From positions 124,001-154,193 of the forward strand of contig ML992514.1 in NCBI GenBank assembly GCA_010093995.1: 30,193 nt of DNA, in the 5' to 3' direction. The first letter of the stretch is position 1. Each line of letters begins with the position of its first letter. Origin of the DNA: Elsinoe ampelina. Taxonomy: Eukaryota. The position numbers and the translations under genes were made by a program. This document shows, one piece after another, positions 22,402-30,193 of the stretch. The notes below the pieces were generated by a model. That model did no database searches and was not told the origin of the DNA. It saw only the letters and a program-made list of their open reading frames with translations.

Positions 22402-25400
22402 ATGGTCTTTTGCACCTATTGCGGGCACTCCTTCACAAGGGACGAGCACCTTGAAAGACACATCCTCACTCGTACTAGCCCCTCGCTATCGCCGCCTCGA
22501 CCCGGCTGACCATTTTGCAGACACCAACGTAAAGCCGTTCAAGTGCTTCACCTGCCACATGTCGTTCGCTCGCAGGTTCGTGCTGCCTCCTCGTGTTGAC
22601 AAATCCATGCTGACACTTTCTTACAGGGACCTCCTCCAACGACATTACACCGTTCATGGCCGTAATCAAGACCAACAAGAGATCCCCGCCGCTAATGGCA
22701 TGATCCCCAAATCCGCCGGCCGGACGCCTATTGCCTGCAGCAATTGCGCAAAGACAAAGACAAAGTGCGACAAAAAGTTCCCATGCAGTCGCTGCGCCAG
22801 TAGGAATCTCAGGTGTACTCTACGACCTACTCGTCGCTCGACAAAAAACGCCGCTCGCATGGGATTGATTACCCCAGAGACTCTCGCCCAAGACATGGCC
22901 AATGGAACTCTTCCGCCAGACCAGACCATTGCTGCAGAAAAGGTTCCTCTACCAATCGCTCCGGTCATGCATCACCACCAATCAAGTCCGATCATGCATC
23001 AAGAATGTTCAAAGTCGTCGTCGCCCTCAGGATCGCCTAGCTCAACGGGCCACAATAGTACAGGCAGCGACGCCCCACCTGCCCCAATGTTTGACCAATT
23101 CAATGGCTGCCCCACCCCACCTGGCGCTCAAGGTCTCTCGCCTACCACACCTTCTGGTCATAGTCTCAACGGTCCGGGATCCTTCCCCGGCTTCGACGAC
23201 TACAACCATCACATGGGTAAAACCTCTGCCGAGGATTGCAACCCTCACTTCATGCTCGACTGGCAGCAACTTCAGCTGCCAATGGGTCTAGACCCTATGC
23301 TCGAGCCAGACATGCTGGGTGACCAAGATCTGAATTTCGATATGGGTGCCATGGGATTGGGTGGTCAAATGGAGCCGGTGCTGTCGATCAATCCTGAGCT
23401 TACAAGCAACATGCCGCCACCACTGATCACGCCCATCGAAACGCCAAAGTTCGACAGGCCGACGTCTGACCTGGACCCTTTCAATTCCGGCATGCCTAAC
23501 GGCTTACAAGATCGCCAATTTTCTATTACCTCGACACACTCCCTCGACCAATACCATTCATCTCAAGCTGCAGACCCAGTCGTCATCGCTCAGGACGGCT
23601 GGAATGTCTTTCGATGCGTGCCTTCAATTCACCCCAGCGCTTGTCCATCCACAGCTCGTTGGAATCTGGAAGCCCTAGAGAGCAGTCTCAAAAATCACGA
23701 TGGTTGGAGCAAGTGGCGCCCTGAAGTCGACGAAGCACTCTTCGACGGATCGGATCCTCTCACCGTCATGCAACTTCACGAAAGCTCCCGGGACAAACTT
23801 CTCGCCATTACACAAGGCTTCTTGCACAAAGCTCTCGAGATACATCGCGGGACCGACAGCCCACAGACGTACACACCTTCCAACTTTGTGTTATTACCGC
23901 CAACCAAAGTCCTCGAATATTTTCTCCGCTCCTACGCGAACAGCTTCGAGCGTTACTACCCCCTCACTACCAAAGGCTCCCTCGACGCCAATGAGCTAAT
24001 GTTCTGCTATCAGGACCGCGCCTCCAGCCTACTCATCCTACTCATGATCGCACAAGGAGCCATGAACATACCATCACGAGAAGCAAGATCACTCACTGGT
24101 GGTCTAGTCGAGACTTGCCGCATCTCATTGTTCGACCTTATCGAGAGGAATATCGTCATGGCCAGCGACCACAATGTACTTCATGCTGCTCTAATATTTA
24201 CCGAGCTTGCCTCTTGGAGTGGGGATAAGTGGCAGATGGATATCGCCATGGGTCAACGTGGCATGTACGCATCGATGCTGAGGCATTCTGGGGTGCTCGA
24301 TCGGTCCACCTACCCTGCCCAAGGCTCCTTCTCCGATGGTCAGAACAGCACCGATCACATGTGGAACCTGTGGATCCAGCAAGAAAGTAGATCAAGGTTC
24401 GCCCTCGCTTGAACTTCTCATCATGGACCAATGCTGACATTATCGCAGACTAGTCTATTCCTGGGCTATGATCGACCAAGAGCTTGCACTCTTCCACGAC
24501 ACAAGTCCGGTCTTTTCGGTCACAGAGTTCGGTATCGCCTTGCCGCATACCGAGGACCTCTGGCGAGCAAAGTCCGCGGGTGAATGGTCATCGATAATGG
24601 GTCAGCAATCTTCAGCAGTAGGAGCAGAGTCCGACGCCGCTCCGGCTCCTTCGAGCTTGCGAGATCTATTCCGACACTTTCTTGATGACGAGATGGATTC
24701 GGCCGACTACCCACTTACGGCATTGCACATCCGGCTTCTACTTCTACCGCTTCAGTCAATCGTTGGTCACTACCAACAGCTCATGAGCTGTTTCTCCGAT
24801 TCTGGCAATTCCCGAGTGAAGAATAAGACGGTCACGGCATCCTCCACACGCTGCCGGTTGGAAGAGGTCCAATGCCTACTGCAGCGATGGTACGACATTG
24901 CTACCGATTACCTAAAATCGAACCCAGTCTGCAGTGTCATGCAAGCCAGTCTGGTCTTGTATCACCTCATCAGTCTCAACACCGTCACCGACTTTACCCA
25001 AATTGAAAGATTGGCACGTCGGGAGACATTCGACGGGACATATCAGTCCCTGGTCTGGACACACAAGCGTTGCATTACCGATGTTGGTGAAGCAACCTTC
25101 CACTGTGGTCAGATCATTCGGCTTGTTCGATCAATGTCTCGATCTATCCGACCTCCGTGGTGGGCTGCAGCCATTTACCGGTCTGCACTCGTCCTCTGGT
25201 GCGACAGTCTGATTGACAAGGATTCTACTTCGACATACGGCGGCAAGAGCGGTCAGACCTTCGCCATTGATGCTCTGGCGTCGGATCATCCTTTGATCCA
25301 ACGTTATCTCAACAAAGGTGAAGGTGTTCCCTGCCTTAGCAAGAGAGATGGCAGTACAGTGGGTCTTGATCACGGGCTTACTGTGCTCAACCACTGTACA

Positions 25401-25478
25401 GAGGTCATCGATGAAGGTGGAGCGAGCCGATTCCAGGAAGGCATCAGGAGTAAGCTTGACCGGTTGATGAGGACGTGA
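22402..25478 (+). CDS. CMR1: Melanin pathway transcription factor Cmr1/Amr1/Pig1/Zmr1 type (2x C2H2 + Zn2Cys6 + fungal TF domain), ~974 aa
   Basis: join(22402..22471,22521..22575,22627..24396,24449..25478); three GT..GCTGAC..CAG introns. MVFCTYCGHSFTRDEHLERHILTHTNVKPFKCFTCHMSFARRDLLQRHYTVH; ACSNCAKTKTKCDKKFPCSRCASRNLRC; WSGDKWQMDIAMGQRGMY; ESRSRLVYSWAMIDQELALFHD. Confidence 0.95.
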
Positions 25479-28400
25479 GGTCAGTTGGCCTGAAAGAGAT
25501 ATGGGTATAATGCAAATCACGGCGCGATCATAGATGGGGAATTGCTTTGGACAAGGATACCATATTCTGCGATTGTACAGTATTTGCGAAAGGTGCAAGG
25601 ATGTTTCAAGGTAATGCGGGTTGAACGTGGGTCTGCCTGACTGTCACTGTTTGGGCAGCGGTCGAACAAATACACGATCAAAGTATCTGCAGTGTCATAC
25701 ATTTCAGCTTAATCTCCATCTACAAACTGCTTGACCTGTCACCTGATCTGACAGCACGGGAAGTAAGGGATTCTGCCCCATGACTGCATGAACAAGAGGC
25801 ACACTACCGCTGTCGGCCGATCGACGGCGTGTTGATCGACTGATGCATCTCACCCTGCTGACATTCGTGGCTTCCTCTGCGAACCATGAATAATCACCTC
25901 AATGAAGTATGCATCACCTTGGCGGTCGGAGAATAATGCCTCGAGACGCGCTGAACCTCACCACACGTCCTTACCAGATTGGCGTGGTAGATGGAGTACT
26001 CATCTACGGCGTCTAGGCCACAATCGATGACATTTGACAGCAGCATTATCGACACGATGCGACGATCCTTCGAGCTGGGCCTCGGCTGGGCAGCCTCTTG
26101 GACGCCTGTTTTGGCAGCTTAGCCAGAGAGTGAAGCTCTACTGTTACAACCACAACATTTCCCGCTCGACCATTAGTCAAACATCAATTGGCCTGAGCAA
26201 GTCGTGAGTAAGGGCGTACATCCAGGGATCCCGCGGCACCATCTCAAGCGGGTCGCTGTACCTGACCCGCGTTCGGTCCGAGTGATCACAACCGACCCGC
26301 TCGAACGACTCATCAGATATAGGGCCAATGTCGCAGAGTACATCCAGGGTGTCAATATCGCCACTGAGGAGATGGTGGCACCGACACAGGTACAAGGCGG
26401 CGGGATGCACGGCGGAGAGGTTCCCGCTTAGATTGACTGCATCCATATCACATTAAATTGACCCCAATCGACCACTTAGAAACACGGCGAACCCCTCATG
26501 GGATTTTATTTATGGCATGGGCGCCGATCCAGGGTAAAGACTGGTCCAAACCCAGATATAAAACGCCAGGAAACCTCGGTACTCTGCCACTTTGCTTGCA
26601 CTTCTCGGCAGACAGAGAAAAACCTCCGATGCACGCTTTAACCTCTTTCCAACTGGTATGCCAACCCTTCTCAATCAACATCGAACCTGCTTCTCCTCAC
26701 AATGTACAAGGATGGCGGCATATCTGGACCAGATCAACAGGGCCACAAGTATGGAATGGCATGTCGATTGCGGCAACTACCAGTGATGGTCCAGCGCGGC
26801 GTCTGCAAAGCATACCCTCGAAGCTCCGTCGGTCGTGTAACAGACGAGAGTGGCGTACTTGGCCTCGTTTGACAAGAACGATCCCCCTGCTGTGCGAGAA
26901 TCCATCCCACAAATGCAGTGTGGGTATGGCCAGCATTGTTTGACAGAAGCTCCACGCGGTTTATCTCACCACGAACGGCAACATGGGTGGCTGGATTCTG
27001 TTTAGTCTCTGTGACCAAGAGCTGTGCACAGCCCAACCTCAAAGGCCACCCTCCATCACATCTGACGCATCTGCATCTTAAATGCGGCAAGACTCGCAGC
27101 ACCCCACCATCTTCAGGCTAACTGGCAAGGCCAACCGTGAGGTGCGGACCGTTGCGCAAGTTTTCGATCAACAAGGCAATGACAGGTGCCTATCTCGGAT
27201 GGCTTGCCCACATCTCACTCGGGGGTGGGCTCAGGGTCAAGCTGTCTGCACCTTCAGCATGCAGCCTGGATAACGGCGTCAAAATCCGGCCGATCCTACC
27301 AGGCCCAACTACTTCGACACGAGACATGAGTGGTCCGGCCGACAGTGCAGGATGATTGACAGGCACACCCACGATTCGGCCTGTACGAGAAACGGCATCT
27401 CAACGTACCTGGAGCTGCCGTGCGCCACTTGTCGACTGCGGAGATTCCCATCCGGCGCGACCCACTGGAACATGTGATATGTCCCTGCTTGAGACAGGCC
27501 CAAAGGCCTGGAGCACACTCCGGTGATACGTCGGCCAGGACCATTGGATCGCCCAGACTAGGCGTAGGTATGTCGCGACAGAAGGCGCAACCATAACACT
27601 ATTCCTTCAATATTGAGACCCACAAGCTGGCAGAATCCGTACTGGTAGGGTATGAAAGTATCACATTGTCGGATCTGACGGATGGCATTACGAACTATGG
27701 ACTTGTGCAAGCGAGCTATGGTTTGCATCTTAGCCAGACGATGGAGAGGCGGACAAGACCGCGGCTGTGCCTTGTGCCCCTCACCATGTCCACACGGGAT
27801 GTCAGGGACCTGACTAGAAAGCCCTGCCTGGTAGTATCTTTGCCATACTTCTGAGTAGATTCGTAGCGTAGGTAAGCTCCCATGCCACTAACGCCACGAA
27901 CAAGCCAAGAAGCTTCTGCCGTGGCAATCTGAGGTGGGAAATTCTCCGAGACATGTCGCTTGTACCACTCTAGAGGTACGCGGACAAGGCGCCATAGTAT
28001 CGCTGGATGCGACACGAGTAAGTGTTCACCTGTCCATCACGCCTTGTCGTAAAGTCAGATACATGACGCTTGTGAACGTTCCCGGATCAGCCGCGGAGCC
28101 GCTCTTTTAAATGTGTCAAAGTGAGGCTTGTGACAGAGATACAAGCTATTACAGCGGGAAACGTACGGTGCAAATGAACAAGTTACTATTCTCGAAGATC
28201 TACACACTCTCCCAGACCGAGGGACAAATCTCACGACGATCAAATCCCATCTAGCCCAGCGCGGGATGCAGATGAAATCTGAGCCCTCAAACGCCAATCA
28301 CGCCTCTCTCTCTCTCTTGACTCCAACCATGCAGTCATGCCCTCTGACTCGCCGTGCTCCATCTCGCCCAGACGCCTGAACGGGACCACCTCGATTCGCT

Positions 28401-28723
28401 TCTGCTGCCTGCACACCAACAGCGGCCTACGCAATTGTCTCATCCTGCCAGCCCACCGCGCAAGAAGCAATCGAGGCGGCGTGGAGAAGCGAAGAAACAG
28501 GCGAGACAAAAGCAATTCTTCTCGCCTTTGTAGACGAGAGACAATAGCTACACCTACCTGTGCAAGCGTGGGTGCCGACATGTCCAACGACCGACGTCGA
28601 GTGGTCCGGCCAAGGTGCCGCCGGTATCAGCCATGTCTGAGACGGATCATGGCGAGCAGTGGTAACTTAGTTCGTGCCATTCTTTTGCGATCCGTCGTGG
28701 CCGCGGCGAGACCCGGTGGGTTG

Positions 28724-28865
28724 TGTTGTAATGGAAGGCTGGTACAGCTTCTATGGTACTGAAGAACTGGTACTGATGAGTCAGCGCACGCCTAGTAGAT
28801 AAATTAGTCATTGTAACTCTCTGAATGAAATACATATCTCTCGATCCGATTTGCTAGTTATAACA
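28724..28865 (+). repeat. 5' LTR of Ty1/copia element (142 bp)
   Basis: Starts TGTTGTAA, ends TTATAACA (inverted termini with one C>T mismatch in CpA context), contains AATGAAATAC, and directly abuts a copia-type PBS. The 5' boundary is inferred from terminal symmetry only. Confidence 0.7.
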
Positions 28866-28877
28866 GGTTATAAGCCC
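28866..28877 (+). other. Primer-binding site, Ty5/copia half-tRNA(iMet) type
   Basis: GGTTATAAGCCC right after the LTR-terminal CA; equals the Ty5-type GGTTATGAGCCC with a single TpG>TpA change. Confidence 0.75.
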
Positions 28878-29404
28878 GGCGCTTCTACAAAAGCACTTAA
28901 AGCTATAGTAAATTAAGCATGTTATTATTAAAAGAATTACTAAGCTACCTATACTAAATTCTAGACTAGCTATATTAAGATAAACACTTATAGTAGCCTA
29001 TATTAACCCTTTAATTAAACAGCTTAAACAGCTTAAACAAGCTAATTACATTAATTAAATTAATAGGCCTTTAGCTAATTACTATTATTATATCTAGATT
29101 AGTAAAAATACTAAAGACTTAGATTCTTAAGAGAGGAAGTAACTATAATACTTAGAGATTAACTCTTAAGATAGCCCTCCTTAAAAAGGATATACTTAGA
29201 TATATAATTTATAGCATTAACTAGATACTAGTAGTTATAAAGCCTAAAGAACTAGCCTTAGATACTAGTAAAGATACTAAGGTAGTTTATAAGGTTAGGA
29301 ATAAGACCTAGTATAAGAATAATAAAATTACTTATAGTATTATTATAATAAGGATTTATAAATCTATTAGACCTTACTATAGTATAACTTAGAAGACTTT
29401 AAAG

Positions 29405-29955
29405 NNNNNNNNNNNNNNNNNNNNNNNNNNNNNNNNNNNNNNNNNNNNNNNNNNNNNNNNNNNNNNNNNNNNNNNNNNNNNNNNNNNNNNNNNNNNNNNN
29501 NNNNNNNNNNNNNNNNNNNNNNNNNNNNNNNNNNNNNNNNNNNNNNNNNNNNNNNNNNNNNNNNNNNNNNNNNNNNNNNNNNNNNNNNNNNNNNNNNNNN
29601 NNNNNNNNNNNNNNNNNNNNNNNNNNNNNNNNNNNNNNNNNNNNNNNNNNNNNNNNNNNNNNNNNNNNNNNNNNNNNNNNNNNNNNNNNNNNNNNNNNNN
29701 NNNNNNNNNNNNNNNNNNNNNNNNNNNNNNNNNNNNNNNNNNNNNNNNNNNNNNNNNNNNNNNNNNNNNNNNNNNNNNNNNNNNNNNNNNNNNNNNNNNN
29801 NNNNNNNNNNNNNNNNNNNNNNNNNNNNNNNNNNNNNNNNNNNNNNNNNNNNNNNNNNNNNNNNNNNNNNNNNNNNNNNNNNNNNNNNNNNNNNNNNNNN
29901 NNNNNNNNNNNNNNNNNNNNNNNNNNNNNNNNNNNNNNNNNNNNNNNNNNNNNNN
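29405..29955. other. Assembly gap (551 N)
   Basis: Run of N inside the repeat; true length unknown. Confidence 0.99.
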
Positions 29956-30193
29956 GTTAAATAATAAAGATATAAAGGCTAAAGGTAAAAGTAATAAGTT
30001 AAAGACTAAGAAAGTTAGAAGTTAAGTAGCTATTAAAGAATCTAGAGAACCTACTAAGGTAAGTAAATTAGATAAATACTCTAATACTAATATTAATATT
30101 ATTATACTAATCTATAGAGTAGTAGTAGTATCTATATTATTATTCTTAACCTATAGTAAGAATAGAGTAATCTATAACTCTAGTATATTAAGG

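Larger units (their letters stand above)
28724..30193 (+). mobile_element. RIP-inactivated Ty1/copia LTR retrotransposon (5' part, runs off window)
   Basis: LTR plus PBS. Internal region very AT-rich and TpA-rich, nearly lacking CpA/TpG. gag-like L-K-Q-A-N-Y-I-N-* near 29032-29058 (NYxxW with TGG>TAA). 30167-30193 GTA ATC TAT AAC TCT AGT ATA TTA AGG reverts to V-I-Y-D-S-G-A-S-R, the copia protease motif. Confidence 0.82.

Noticed and set aside
22352..22520. ORF-track start of the 686-aa CMR1 ORF
   Set aside because: Non-ATG start reading through intron 1; the real first zinc finger begins at ATG 22402 in another frame.
26204..26431. 75-aa ORF as a small protein gene
   Set aside because: GTG start, no recognisable family, no supported upstream exon.
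28304..28317. (CT)n microsatellite
   Set aside because: Only about 7 units; ordinary.
28880..30193. AT-rich end as mitochondrial insertion, telomere or contamination
   Set aside because: TpA excess, LTR/PBS and gag/protease remnants explain it as a RIPed retrotransposon; no TTAGGG arrays.

Overview
Eukaryotic DNA from a filamentous ascomycete; gene content points to a Dothideomycete, with an order resembling the Elsinoe/Myriangiales PKS1 locus as I recall it. From left to right: (1) a spliced MICOS MIC26/27 (ApoO-family) gene on the minus strand, truncated by the window edge and missed by the ORF track; (2) head-to-head with it, the mitochondrial intermediate peptidase OCT1; (3) a 6-exon THUMP-domain gene (TAN1) whose 209-nt first intron holds a compact multi-helix fold; (4) a nitrate transporter with NirA- and AreA-type promoter sites; (5) prefoldin subunit 3; (6) a non-reducing PKS (SAT-KS-AT-PT-ACP-ACP-TE) of the DHN-melanin type, transcribed divergently across ~6.5 kb of gene-free DNA from (7) a Cmr1/Amr1/Pig1-type C2H2+Zn2Cys6 regulator. 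No hydroxynaphthalene reductase is visible in the window. The window ends in a RIP-degraded Ty1/copia retrotransposon (142-bp LTR, half-tRNA-type PBS, gag and protease remnants) with an assembly gap. The best candidate for something undescribed is the structured RNA in TAN1 intron 1. All family calls come from manual translation and motif recognition; no searches were run.
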